A stretch of DNA of 51,422 bases, the filler included, from Sphacelaria rigidula (lineage: Eukaryota): assembly GCA_964200075.2 (NCBI GenBank). It is 3 parts of 3 records of this genome, joined end to end, with 100 filler letters (N's around TTAATTAATTAA, not from the genome) between each part and the next. Parts side by side here need not be neighbours in the genome. Positions count along the whole stretch, not along the records: positions 1 to 17,084 come from CAXNAA020001174.1; 2 more parts are not named here. The stretch is one strand, 5' to 3'. This document shows positions 1 to 12,985 of the stretch, piece after piece; within the stretch, counting starts at the first letter, position 1; each line of letters opens with the position of its first letter. The translations under genes were made by a program, and so were the position numbers. The notes below the pieces were generated by a model. That model was given only the letters and a program-made list of their open reading frames with translations, searched no databases and was not told where the DNA came from.

Positions 1-151
1 ACACACGCACTCAAGACATCCTATTTGCAAGCAGTGCAAACAGTACAGACCATGTATCGTTTCACGAATTTCAGTGTCTTTTTCCGATCGAAAGCTTGAA
101 AATCCATCGGGACCCAACTGCATCAAAACGAGAAACTTTCACTAGACTCAA

Positions 152-348
152 TTCCACCGCTCATTTTTTCGATCGAAAAAAAAAGTGCTAAGACACGCCC
201 TACTAAGGCACGCCCTGAGCACATGATTTTTTTCGATCGAAAATGTCGGGTGGAAAAAAAAAAACGATCTGGTAGGTCGTGATTACACAACCATCGTCAT
301 TTATGATGAAATCAACACCTACCAGATAAGATCGTTTGTTTTCCACCG
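152..348. repeat. Double-hairpin inverted repeat, MITE-like
   Basis: ttccaccg..ttttcgatcgaaaaa / tttttcgatcgaaaat..ggtggaa, followed by ggtggaaaa..aacgatctggtagg / cctaccaga..atcgtt..ttttccacc. Confidence 0.55.
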
Positions 349-2371
349 CACTTTTTAACGAAATATGACTTGCGAAGATATGGCCTGAGTTGCGCCTAAT
401 TGACCGAATCTCCGGAAAATAAACTATGGTACACTACTAAAATATGTATGAATGGGGTCTTCTGATCATGTTTTCCTTTTTTCGCTAGGTATCCGGGCTC
501 CCAGGGTCCTAAGGACCCACATGCTCTTCTGGGACCCCCGATAACTGGCGAAAGGAAAAGTCGAGAGATGTAATATTCGTACCATTTTTTTTCATGTCTC
601 ATAGTATATGTACGCATAGTTTAAGAGTCTAACTCCGAGAACACGGTGAAAAAAATCACGCTTTTGTGCGATGAACTAAGCTTATAGTAGAGCGTGCAAT
701 ATCCTACCGACTTGATTCTAGGATGAAAACGTCTACTTCGGGTATGTTCAACATTAATGCGATAAAATAATGCACCACGTTTTCGGGTTTCGCAACGAAA
801 CTTTGAACTTGTGTTCCTTGACTACCCCGGGACGCACAATTGTAATTGTTTTTGTTGGGATATCCTGTATCGTGTTCTGGGGGTCTTCACGCTGGGACCC
901 CCGGCAGCCGGTTGAGAGCGGAGAAAGTTCGAAATATTCTTCAGCAAAAGACTTTTTCATTTGGAGCACAAACACCCACCGGAGTGCGATGTTTGAGAGC
1001 GATCGATCTGAGCTATTCTACGACAGATATAAGGGACACCGTCAAGAGACCTTCGGGGTTTTTTGTGCATATCATCAGTGGAAGTCCGACGACGCCGAAA
1101 CCTCACATCACCGAAATACCACGGTTTGATATATAGCTCGATCCCATAGTAACCGTTCTCGATTCTCCATTTTCCTTTAGATTCCCGAGATGACGGTGAC
1201 TACTATGATTTGAAGCATGAGGAGATTGGGCAGAACTTGGGTTGGGAATTCTTATTTTCAACTTTCAGCATAATTTGAAGGGCGCTGATCGGTCGAGATA
1301 ATTTTCGCCCTTGACGCCACAGCCACAGCCTTGAACAAAACTTCGACTATGTCACCCTCCTCAGCCGTTCATCGCTGTCAATACGATAATACCATGTATG
1401 CGATTTTTGGGTAGGTATTGCGTGAGACAATGGCTGATGACACAGTCTTGGGTAATCAACGTAAACCACCCTGTACGTTGCCGTAGACGTTTCCCCAGAC
1501 ATTGTTGAGGGCATAACTTTCCCACGATGACAGATTGGGTGTCAAGAAATACATTACTGTGGTTTTGGCCTTGGTGTCAGCAACGCGCATACCAAAGTTG
1601 AGGTCAATCGAGCAAGGAGCCGATCATGTTGATATTTTGCATTAATCCATCCCCTAACTGCCGCCACGAGGCCATATCAGATATAACGGCATAGTGCAAA
1701 AAGGAGAAAGCGCCCAAATGATCGGTTAGACCGCCCAGTGCAATCCTGGGAAGCTGTGCCGTGGCAGACCTTCTACTTGTGCTGTGAGCAGCTCTATGAT
1801 TCGCTGCCGCTCGAGATTTTCGCCCCGGAAATGTATTTCTGTCTCAGGCAGTGGTGTGCACTGAAAGCGTGCCTCACGTTCCATGCACCATCGCGATGGA
1901 AGTTCAGGAAGATCGAGATATAATCAGGACGAAACAGCGAAGTACGGCGTGCGACGGTACAAATGCCCAAGGCGCCGGCCCCATGTGTCTGGACCCTCAT
2001 AGTTAAAGTAGTCTTATTCGGAAAAAATGTCACTGATGTCACTTCACTTTATCAAGGACGTACCCGCGCGATCGTGATATTGGGATTTAGATTGCCCACG
2101 CTGTGCCCGCATTGTATGCATCCATGTGGTTGAGAGTGGGTAAAACCACATCCTACAGTAGTTTACTGACCCATGTTAAACTCGAGTAATGAATGGCGGG
2201 ATACACGAAAGTCAGGTATCAGGTGTTACCATGTCATCATTACATGGCCAGTCAATGCCTACTGTACTGTACTGTACTACTGTAGGAGGGGTGGTGACGT
2301 TCTCTGGTGTTTGATCAACAGCTGATCCTGCAGCAAGGATTCCAAGTTTTTCGTGTTCAACGGGTGTTATC

Positions 2372-2473
2372 GACCGTTTGACCGCCAGGGTGGATCATGT
2401 GTATATTTCACGCATTTTCCGATTGATCATTATGCCGTTTCAACCGATGACTCACCCTAGCGGCCAAACGGTC
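2372..2473. repeat. Short element with 21-bp imperfect terminal inverted repeats
   Basis: gaccgtttgaccgccagggtg ... caccctagcggccaaacggtc. Confidence 0.5.
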
Positions 2474-2519
2474 AACCTTTCGACCGTGCACTAGTCCGTC
2501 TGAGTCTGTGTATGCCGCC

Positions 2520-4190
2520 TGATTGATTGACTGGTTTTCGCACGTTTATTGTGACTCCCGAGGGATCTAGCCGTGATCACAGTATAAATTTCCCCAAAAG
2601 AGAGACATCCCCAGGGTAAACAAAACGGGAACAGCCGGTGAAGGAAACTTGAAAGCGGAAAAGATGACACAGGGAGGGAGATAGAACAAACGGAGTGAAC
2701 TTCACAAAAACGAGACACGAACAGAACGAAAAAAGGAGGAAAGAAGAGAACAAAAGAGAACAAAAAAATGGTCAAATCGATCCCGACGAGAAGGAATGCA
2801 AGCGATGAACAAGAAACAAAAAATTGCCGGGCCACGCAGCATGGCTCCCAGTTGAAAGAGCCGTGCGAAAAACAAAAGAAGCAGAAGAACAATGGGCTAA
2901 GGAAGACGTGGACACTAACTGTGAATCATGCTATATGGACATGAAAGATAGCCCACGAACTCTACAGGAACGAGACACAAGCACCAGCATTTGAAACTGA
3001 CCCAAAAACAAATGGCACAATGACGAAATGAAACAAAAGAACGACACGAAAGGCAACAGAAGAAGAAGGAGGGTGAGAGAGGGGAGGGGGGGGGAAAGGG
3101 AGGGGGGAGGAGATAGACAGGGACACACAGAGAGAAAGGCAGAGAAACACAGACAGAGACAGGCAGAAACACAGACAGAGAGAGACGGGGAAAACACTAA
3201 AAGAAGAGATGGAACCACGAACAAAGCAAAGTATGTACAGCAACACAGCTCGGAGATATCGCGAAGGTTGTGAGCTGAGGAAAGAAGAAGTCAACACACG
3301 GCACAACAGAACAGGGGTGTGTCGGTTTCCATGCTACGCCCGTCTCTCTCATTTCTTTCCTAGTCGGTTACAAAGCGGATCACTCTCTCAACCATTTCCG
3401 ACTTGGAATCCTTGCGAGCTGATGCTGTTCTCGTTGTGTCAGGGGTGGCGGCACTCCGTTTGACGGCTCTCAATGCATCAGCCTCCTACTTGTGGCGTAA
3501 ATCGGATCGGCGAATATCCCCACGTCGCCATGTCTCTCCGACGTCCGAAGCCCCTCACTCCTTTCTCGGCCCCCAGGTGTCATCGGCCCACGTTCTTCGC
3601 GGCATTGGCCCACTCTTACGCGTCTTTGACCCTCATATCGTGGACAGACGATTCCCTTCGTTCTACCCCTGCGTGGGACAGCTTGTAGCGCATGCAGGTT
3701 CTCCGGTAGGCGGTCCCCCCAGCGCTTGAAAGGCCGGCCAGTCTCATTGGGCCCTTGTGAGGCCAACCGTTCGAACATGATTCGCTTCGGAAGATGTGCT
3801 CCATCCCACCGCACAAAGATCCTCGCTAACCAGAGTGGACGCTTGCGGATGGTCGTGTCGATTCGCCCTCAGTGGGTTATCTCGCGCACAGCTCCGTATG
3901 AAAGAATCTTGTGCCCAGCATGATTCTTCCTGCGGAAGCTAACTGCTTGTAGTGGTGGGCAGTGCGCAGACTTCCGTATACCTCTGAGTACATTGTCTAT
4001 GTAGCACATCCGTGCAGCATGACTTCTACTGCCTCCATTTAGAGCAGCAGGGCTTTCGGAAAGACACGCGCATCGGGCCGATCGTATCACTGGGAACTGT
4101 GTGCAGTACGGTTTCTGGGGTGGTCGGTACAGTAGGTGGTGCGGGTGGTGTTTTCTCTGCACGAAAATGTTTTACGTAGTCAGTTCAATA
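2520..4190 (-). mobile_element. 5'-truncated, decayed RTE-type LINE (C-terminal part of RT ORF, pyrimidine-rich 3' UTR, (TCAA)n tail)
   Basis: Frameshifted peptides FRRKNHAGHKILSYG and LPKRIMFERLASQGP..GRPFKRWGDRLPENLHALQAVPR resemble RTE-clade post-RT domains; CT-rich 3' region about 2600-3300; tgattgattga at about 2520. Confidence 0.75.
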
Positions 4191-6379
4191 ATGAATGGAG
4201 AGGGTATCGCAACGTACTGCCAATCATTGTGTGCGAAGAAGGTCCTGCTGCTTGAGTATTTACAAGAACCACAACTTACATCGTTTCCCACAATGCTCGC
4301 AAGCCCAGATCCAACGCTACCATGCACAACGAGTTTGACACTCGAAAGTGAACGCTGGTCGGATCAACATACCTAGCGCTCAGCTACCGTAACCTAATCC
4401 AGGGATCTTGCAGTTGAACGCTGCCATGCATTTCTCACGCAACATAGACTTGCTGCTTGCGTATTACTGGGCAAAGGCATACCACAAATAAAGTTCCAAC
4501 CAGGGCCACGAGGCACCTCCCACGAACCAATTACGTCCTTGGAAAGTGACGGCGGGTCACATATGCGTGCCACGATACCGAACTTCGTTGTTCGCCATGT
4601 GTTTTCATGTCCCAAATGTCGAATTGTAAAAGGCATATTGAGTGACCCGTCGAAGATGAGCCCCGCAATTCACAGGTCGCAGAGTAGCGAATTACACCCC
4701 AAGAGAGTGGGACTATGGAGAGCACGTTCCTGACGTCCGTAGGATTCCGTAAATCCAGTACCCTAGAGAACATCATCTACGAGAGCGATCATTCTCCACG
4801 ATCGGTAGCTCGCTAACTATCTGGTTTCCAAGGAGAGACGGACTCTCTCTAAGATCGTCAACCTGTGTGTACTCTACGTTTCATGCACAACCCAGGCTTT
4901 TGAACTAGTGCACGGACGTAGCGCTTGAGGTAACCAGTCTTCCGTAGGGAGCATAATGTTCCCAGGAGGTTGTCAGTCCCACCCCGACAGGAGTTGTTGG
5001 GGCGTGGGGACTCACCATGTCGAGCCCTGACCAGCCCCATTTCCAGGGCTTCAAGACTTAACGAGTATAGGTTCGCTGTTATTCCAGTGTAGCTTCACAC
5101 GATACAAGCGACGGATCCAGTGCGTTACTAAGGGGCCCGACAAGTTTAGGCGAGGCAGCTTTCCCTCCCAAAATGTTCGGCTGTCGTTGATGGTTGCCCA
5201 ATACGTAAGCGGCCCAATGCACTCGATCGAAGCAAGTTGAAATCTAGTGGAGTCAGGCTATCTGTACACTCATGCGCATGTGAGTTTCCGTGCATGATGC
5301 CGCATGGCCTGAAGTGTCAGGCATACGCGCGCTTCTCGAAGGCCCGCACTGATGACGCTAAACGCTATTGTCGATGGAGGTGTCCGACGTTCCAATGTCC
5401 GGCGAGGGTTGGAATGTTCAGAGGGATCGGAGGATCGACGGCAGAGTGGTTGCGGTTGACGGAAGTAGGCCAATCGCAGCACCCCATCTTTTGTCTATTT
5501 CGATTTCCGGTTGACGTTTAAGACACGCCCAGAGTATACTATGATCGAAACAAGGGAATGTTATTTATGTCGATGATTCCCTTTTTCCAGTTGCCTTAAG
5601 GGGGTGCTTTTCACCTTGGGTTCACCCATCTCTGTGACCACAATTAAATATGTAACGCACCCGTTAATGTACTACGAACAGTGAATCAATCAATCATCGA
5701 TCGAGTTATGCAATTGCTTGAACACCCATTTAACCTCAAAGACAGGGGGTAGCGGAAAACTCGTGATGTCGTCAAGACCCAGCGTCGTGGGCGAAGGTCG
5801 CGGTAGAGTCTCAATCTTGAATCGCAAGTTGTCGCTGAAAAGACAGGGTCTGTATAGTCGGGCAACCAAGATTTATATTTTCTGCCTCGCGAGATTATGT
5901 GCTGTTGATTGCTCAACGTTGGGTACAATGGCTATGCTTTTCATCATCGCATCAACATTCTTCCTTCAGAGCCGTTGTTGGGTGTACAATGCGAGAAACC
6001 CGAACACTCGCCATCTCTGATAGTTAGCACATGCTACAGAAGGCATCCCCCGCGTGCGTGTTGGCCTGACACCGCTTCCACAAAACGTCCGACAACCACG
6101 CCGGGCATGGTCTCATGGGCATAGACACTGCACCAACGATTCCAACACTGAGCGACTTCAACATTGTCCCCGAACATCACTAAAACGGAAGCTAGGAGCT
6201 ACTACCCCCTGCTATCCATATGTTCTTGTCGGAATAGACACGTCCCGAAAGGCTGCTAGGACGGGAATAGTCTCTACCTCCTCGTGTTGAAACATGGCAA
6301 AATATCCCCAAAGGTGCTCAGTACAGGGCACGATGTTCCAGATACTCTATATTTCAACAGCATTTTCACCACGCAAACC

Positions 6380-6590
6380 TCCCGAGTACCTGGAATTTTG
6401 ATTCATCCAACGTACCAAGTATCCCAGAGTACCTAAAGTATCGACTGCCGAAAAGTACTGAGTATTTCAGAATCCCCCGAGTACTCGGCTGCCGGAAGTA
6501 CTGAGTGTTCTCGCGTATCTTGACTATTGTGTCCTCCACTGTACCGAGTGTTTCCGAGTACCTGGAGTACTCGACTGCCGATAATGCTGA
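6380..6590. repeat. Degenerate tandem minisatellite
   Basis: Recurring gagtacc(t)/gagtactcg(a)ctgccga(a)aagtactgag units. Confidence 0.6.
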
Positions 6591-7658
6591 TTACAAGGGC
6601 CGGCGGCTCCTTGCGGGGGCAGATTCCTAAAAAATATATTAATGGTGCAGTCAGTTAGCTGTAAGCAAAAGTATGGAAAACTGCAAGATCAGGTATGACT
6701 TGTTGTCAGACTTAGATCATGTCATTCATAGGCAGAGTATTCCTGGTATGTCAGAGGAGGTAGGGGAGGAAATGAAAATGCCACTTTCGCATTTCTACCA
6801 CAGAACTGGTAGCGAGTGGTGAAATGTGAATTACGGCAAAAACTATGCGCACGCGTACTTCCGTCGTCCCGGCATATCCTACTCCATCACATGGGTTCCG
6901 TCGTGCTTTGCGATACTCGTTTTCCGCTGATCCAGACCATTACTGGAGGAGCGAGGGTAAACCGGACAGGTGGTGAACATTCTACATATAATTTATCATT
7001 TTTTATTTCGATTCTTAACAAGCGCGGGATACCTGAATAGGCTATAGAGAGGGGCGGCGAAGAACATAGATGCATCAGAACTTGTCCGCGGGTGCATTAC
7101 GAGGAAGCGTAGAGGAGGACAACATACAGTACAACACGGTGCGATTGTTTATGCAGAGGTGCTGCACAACGCGTACACTAACGAAACGACGCCACACCTA
7201 CAGTACCGCGTAAAATGCATTGAATAGCGAAAGAGAAACAAAAACCGACCCATCCCATGTTGTGAGGCAAATTGTCCGTTCGTTGCTGCAGTTGTTCCTG
7301 AACTCGCGTACGTCGTCGAGGTGCCCTGCTTGCTTTTCCCTGGAATTTGTACAGGAGAGGGATATAACGAACATCCCCTCCGCTACAAAGAAGGTCAGAT
7401 GTCATACAATACGCGGAGCAAGCTCCCAGGCTGAAAATCCAACAATGCCATTCACGTGCGTCATGAGCAGGTACCAATAACGTCTATTGCGTTGGCTGCT
7501 TATGAATTATTATTACCAGTATATCTCTATTTCTGGTGATATATACACGAATGTATATACAAGGTTCCCCTTCGGGAGGTTGGTACGGGCTCCCCGGGGG
7601 TGACGCAAGTAGAGACGCAAGTCGAAAATATATATTTTGTCCAGTTTTCCACGGTCTT

Positions 7659-7882
7659 GAAGGCTTTTGTGGTTCGATATCGACACCGCGTGAAAAAGGG
7701 CCAGTTTGAGCGACTTTCGGTGGCGAGAACACGCGCCACAGGTATCAGATGGCGCCCAAACCCGAACGGTAATGTACCGCTGAGCCTTTTCTGTGCGCTG
7801 CAATAAGACGTGTGGGAAAATTTGCCTTGCCGCCAGAGGAAACTCGGTAAAAGCGGTAAAAATGTGAAGTGATACATGTACA
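7659..7882. repeat. Direct repeat copy 1 (about 225 bp; partner 8778-9002)
   Basis: Colinear similarity from gaaggcttttgtgg through cggtaatgtaccgctg to gatacatgtaca. Confidence 0.8.
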
Positions 7883-8777
7883 CAATTTACATTGCGCGTA
7901 AAAGCACTGACAGCGCTTGCACGACCGTGCCTCCTAAAGTGAGTACCTCTCCAGGCGATACCAAGATAGGTACCTCGGAAAATGACATCATCCAGAGTGT
8001 ACCCAATACAGATCGATGCTCGTTTGCCGGGGCAGGAGCCACCCAGCAGGTCATGATGTAGAAGTGAGCGCATCTGCGTGTCCATGTATGCATCCACTGA
8101 CGTCTCACACAGTGTGGGTCCAGGGGACTCCGTTTTGAGGGCATATCGATGGCATTGCCCAGAATCCGTATTGACTTCCTGCGTCTGGCGCACCACGTAA
8201 AACGTGCCGCCGATCCAGGAATATGCTGTCTGTGTTGTGGTCTACCCCTGTGCCAATTTTCAGGCTAGTTCGCTCAGACACGGCGGAGAAATCCACGAGT
8301 AAAGTAACGCTTGACTTGTACTGAAAATACAGTTCTAAGCCGTCGAAAGATACATGAGGTGCGTACCCGTATGATTCTCCCTGTGATCCCTGTCAGAAGG
8401 ACAAACCTGTCAACCCTGTCACAAGGATATCCCTGCGCCAGTACTTCACAGGTGCATCCTACGGGTTGCATGATCACAGGGATTTCGGCACCCCGCTTTG
8501 CTGGTTTTACACAGTTGACCCACAGTGGGGACGTTTGTCCACGTGTGTGCCTTATTCAACTTGTCAAAGGCTCACCGCACGGTCTGGTGTTTGCTGCTGA
8601 CTAAGGCAAATGTAACGTTCAATTGTTTCCAACTGCATTGTTCTCATGTTTTCGTGACGTTGGCGGCATAAGCGGTGTACTCGTGCTCCCAAATGAACGA
8701 GAACCCAACGAAGAGAAACACGGGGGAAATACCCCGCCAACCATCATCCTGCTGCTTGAAGTGTTTCATGAACTTGG

Positions 8778-9002
8778 GAAGGCTTTTGTGGTCCGGGACA
8801 GACACCCCGCGAAAAAGAGCCAGTGCGGGCGACTTTCGATGGCCAGAACACGCGCCACAGTTATCAGATGACACCCAAACCTGAACGGTAATGTACCGCT
8901 GCGCCTCCTTCGTGCACTGCAAAAGAACGCGAGTGATGAGATGCCTTGCCGCCAGAGAAAACTCGGCAAAAGTGGTGAAAAAAGTGAAATGATACATGTA
9001 CA
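8778..9002. repeat. Direct repeat copy 2 (partner 7659-7882)
   Basis: Same colinear blocks as copy 1. Confidence 0.8.
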
Positions 9003-9252
9003 TATATGCGTGTGAGGCTACGCAAGTGATTGGGGATACTTTACCGATGGTACATTCTGCATACAGTAGCGTTACAATCGGTGCAGCTTTCCACTTCCTG
9101 CAACAGAAGTAGGTGTTACACCTGTCACGCGTAGATTACAGCAATAGCACAAGGACACTGAGAAGGGACCGTCAGTTACGGCTCAGGCCGCTTTTCATGG
9201 TCCGACATCCAAGTCTCCTGAGCAGCTGCCTCTTTGGTCATTCTGGGTCATT

Positions 9253-9363
9253 TTAACCCTTAGACCGCGAGGGTAGGTCAGCTGCTGAATCGGCATCAAT
9301 TTTCAGTTGAAAAAAGTATGCGTGATCCAGATGGACTACCCGCACCGCGGTCTTCAGGTTTAA
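9253..9363. mobile_element. Small TTAA-flanked MITE, piggyBac-like
   Basis: TTAA-CCCTTAGACCGCG..GGGTAG ... CTACCC..CGCGGTCTTCAGGT-TTAA. Confidence 0.4.
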
Positions 9364-9522
9364 GCCCATGAAGAGGGCTGCGCGGATTTCAACACCTCGA
9401 AGTGACTCGCTATACTCTTTGAAACGGTTTCAGAGCACCTTTGCGTTTTCCGGTAGTCGCAGTAGAGGCTTGCCTATGGCTTCTAATTTCTCGGACGAAC
9501 GGTCAAAAGTTCAGAAAAAAAC

Positions 9523-9738
9523 TTTCAAGGGCAGGTCGAGTAGAGTATACTCAACTACGGGATATGTTTAAAGACATATTTGAGGTATTCAAATTAGGGT
9601 AGAGTGTTAGGAGTCGTACCCAAAAAATAACTGGGAAGCGACCCCTAAATCCCTACCCCCAATTTTCGTATTTCAAGTACAACTTACAACTTTCGAATAT
9701 CCGCAATTGAATATACTCTACTCGACCTGCCCTTGAAA
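9523..9738. mobile_element. MITE with 32-bp terminal inverted repeats
   Basis: tttcaagggcaggtcgagtagagtatactcaa versus ttgaatatactctactcgacctgcccttgaaa (1 mismatch). Confidence 0.7.
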
Positions 9739-12394
9739 ATTTTGATTATTTCGATAGGTTCCCGTGCAGGTTTTAGGTGAGATGAGCGCGGGAAATCCCC
9801 AATCCGCTCCAAGGCTAAACTTCATCCACCGAGATACGCAAGACTGTGCCGGAACTTCCTCAGATAATAGTCCGAATCATGAGGGGATAGCAAAATTTGC
9901 CTAGTCCTTTTCTCGATGAAGAACGTCGCGGAAGGGTTGAAAGGCATTTTCCCGAGAGATGTCTTACTTCGGACCATAAGAATAAGCAGCCTCAGAGCTA
10001 TCATCTACCATCTTCTCCGTTCCATAAATAGGCATCGGCTACGCCGCGATTTCGAAGCAAATCTGATCGACAGACAGACCACAACTAGCCGTTCATGTAC
10101 GGCCGTACACGTTGCAGCACGTGCGTTATGTATGCTACACGCGGAGTTCATGCATTACGTGTGCTGCTGAGATACAAACGAGGGCATAACCTTACTCCCA
10201 ATACTGTACTTCATAAAGCATGTGAATATGAGCAAGTATTTTCTCGATGTAGGTGTGCATACGGCAGAATATTCCCTAATCATGCCGCTGTAAAGGAACG
10301 ATAACGTCGTTCACTGATGCATTGCAGTGGTGTATATTGTGGCAGCGATAAGTGTCCTTCTGAAACTGTTGATGAAAAGATGACGATCCACAGGTGACGT
10401 TCACTTAGGCAAGATATGGCTGTTTTGAGGCAACTGTTGATGATGCAGCCAACCAAAACGGTGCACCCGTTCAAGTTCAAGTTTACTAATGTGACAGATT
10501 CGTGCACAGAACTCGAAGTGACCTTTTTTCGCGTTGACGAACGCTCGCATATGAGAGTCTGTACTGCTTTTCGCGAGTTCCAAAAGGTCAATCACAAACC
10601 TTGCTTGAAGACGAAATTAAGCTGGCAACGACGCCCTATTCTTTTTAAGAACGAAGGGTGGTGTGCGCTACAGCTGTCTCCCACGTCTTGACCTCTGTAC
10701 GTGCCTATGTTGCTGGTGCAGCGCTGCTGTAGCAGGTGCATCCGCCCTCGATTGAGAGCATCCGAGAACCCGACCGTTGACTGACAGCGGGAACGCAATT
10801 AGAACAGCCCAGTGAGTCATGGAGTGAGAGACGTAAAGAAGAATGTCTGTGGTCGCCGATCAGCTTGCATGATGACGAATTGGACTAGTGTCATGAGGTT
10901 TGAGAAGCGTTTACCCCCTGTCCTTCTCAGAATTTTATTGTAGATTGATAGTTGTACGAGATCTTAGATCTCCGGTTTGATCAGTAGACGAATCGGATGA
11001 TGTGCTTTAGCCCCAAGGCGATAACGCTTTGTTGTACATGGGTAGTGACAGGACGGAGGAAGGCTCAGCCCCTGGTGAACACTCCTTGCCAGGTCCTCTT
11101 TCCGGAATCGCGATTGCCAACTCGTGAACACGAGAGAGAGTAACGAACGGGGATCAACTAAAGCTAGCAACAGTTGAACGAGCTTTTTGTCTGACCGAAT
11201 GAGATGCATATACATACCTACGCATGAGAGTGAAAGGACAAAAAAAGTATATCAGCGTGTCAGATACACGCTGTATTCATGCACAGAGAGGATTTGTTCT
11301 CCTTTCCCCAGTGAACATCGTCGCATTGGCGTCTACAGTACTATCCGATAAAGTTGGCGTTGTCTTTGAGTACAATGTTGGCAATGGGCGCAGTCATGAT
11401 CAGAAGGGGGATACGTAGCGGCTGTTTCATAGCAATGATGGAGGATACAAACCGGATATCATTCGGACCATGACAAAAGTGAACATGACGTATTTCCTGT
11501 TGCGTAAAACACAAAGCAACAAATGTATTCGGCCCCGGTCGCTCATGCGGCCATTTAAAGACGTCGCTTATTGCGAGGGTCTCAGTTTCCGGTCAACGAC
11601 TTGTTTTTTCCTGAGTAGTAACTTCTCATTTTTTCTAGCATATTCTTCATTCGGCGCCGATTTCATTTTGATTCAACGTTCACCTGTGATTGCTTCGCAA
11701 CTATCAATATCGGCCGAGAAATCATTTTGTCCCAAATGTTCATGACCCCGTACAATGTTTGGGGTTGATGGAATTGCCGTGCTTGTATTTTATTCCGAGC
11801 AGGTGGGGTAATGATCTGTGGCTGCACGATAAATTAAGACATCCTGTGCGGCTACTCCCATCCCTGATCTCATCAATCGTACCCTTGCTCAGGGGTGATT
11901 TGGACCCTGGCTCTTTCACATCGCTCGTACCTATTCCTGTGTCCAACGCAAGGAGGGTGCACACAGCGTATCTGCATACCCTCGGCTGGCTGATCTCATC
12001 GCTATAATAAAAGCCTTCGACGAGGGGTTGGGCGCGTCGCAGTAGTCGTGGATGTATCTGCGGTCGCACATCGAAAGGTATCAACACGCTTCGCACCATT
12101 GGAGATATCAAACACAACAAGTGAGTGGGAGACCCTCTGTAAAATCGGACCACAGCCCCAAGAACGGACTGACCATCCCCACTCGTGCGCGCTTCTTTCG
12201 TGCGGTGAGCATCCCGAACCGCAACAGGAGCATCATCTTATACTCGTCTCAGCCGCGGAACTTACCTCATTAACTCTACGCTTCGCTACTGCAAACGCTT
12301 GCGGTCTTGGGTTGCTCTGGGGAACGAAAACGATTCGTGCAGCGGAACAGGACGAGTCTCAGCAGCCGGCTTCCGGATCCAGAACACAAGCGCG

Positions 12395-12985
12395 ATGGCT
12401 TTGCTGCTCTTCGCAGTAGGGATAAACTTAATATTGTTCTCTTTGTGGTGTATTTGGGTGATTTTTGTCTATTATTTGTGTGTTGAGAGAACGGACAACA
12501 TAGTGTTCTTCGTCCTTATGGGTTTTGTGCTTTTATTTTCCACTGTGATATTTTTCTATGTCCCTTGCCGCTGGCTCGCAAATCAAGCGCGGAGAACGAG
12601 GCGACCAGCTGCACAAATTGGTAGAGGTCTCGAAGACGGGCTGACTCCAGCCGAGATATCATGGCGCCGGCGTGGTTGGCTAATCGTACTGCGCGCGAGA
12701 GAGCGACGAGTGGAATTGTCGGCGGCGGGGTTGAAGCGGTGGAAGGTGGCACGAGTAGCTCGACGACTATTGGCGACCGTCCAAAGTCTCAGGGCAACAC
12801 GCCTATCGTCGACCAGCATCCGTGCCGTACTTGGCAATCATGTTGCATCAAGGCAAAATGAGGATGTCGCGTCTCCACTTTGTTCGACAGAAGCGGATGC
12901 GGCGAGTTATTTACGCGAGGCTGTGAACACTATGGTGCATCTGTCGGAGGAAGGGGTGCTCCGCAATATAGTCTTGTACTTGTAA
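12395..12985 (+). CDS. Intronless 196-aa protein: two N-terminal TM helices plus a brown-algal ankyrin-protein-type C-terminal module
   Basis: ATG at 12395 in a 228-codon ORF; hydrophobic segments LLLFAVGINLILFSLWCIWVIFVYYL and IVFFVLMGFVLLFSTVIFFYV; motifs SWRRRGWLIVLR and terminal LREAVNTMVHLSEEGVLRNIVLYL*. Confidence 0.7.
   Translation: MALLLFAVGINLILFSLWCIWVIFVYYLCVERTDNIVFFVLMGFVLLFSTVIFFYVPCRWLANQARRTRRPAAQIGRGLEDGLTPAEISWRRRGWLIVLRARERRVELSAAGLKRWKVARVARRLLATVQSLRATRLSSTSIRAVLGNHVASRQNEDVASPLCSTEADAASYLREAVNTMVHLSEEGVLRNIVLYL

Noticed and set aside
770-1280. Possible type II membrane protein or pseudogene
   Set aside because: Short overlapping frames with no recognisable domain or consistent splice model
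2491-3306. Hydrophobic Phe/Leu/Ser/Cys-rich ORFs resembling membrane proteins
   Set aside because: Translation artefacts of the CT-rich LINE 3' region
6380-6590. Possible CRISPR-like array
   Set aside because: Degenerate units without unique regular spacers, no cas genes, eukaryotic context
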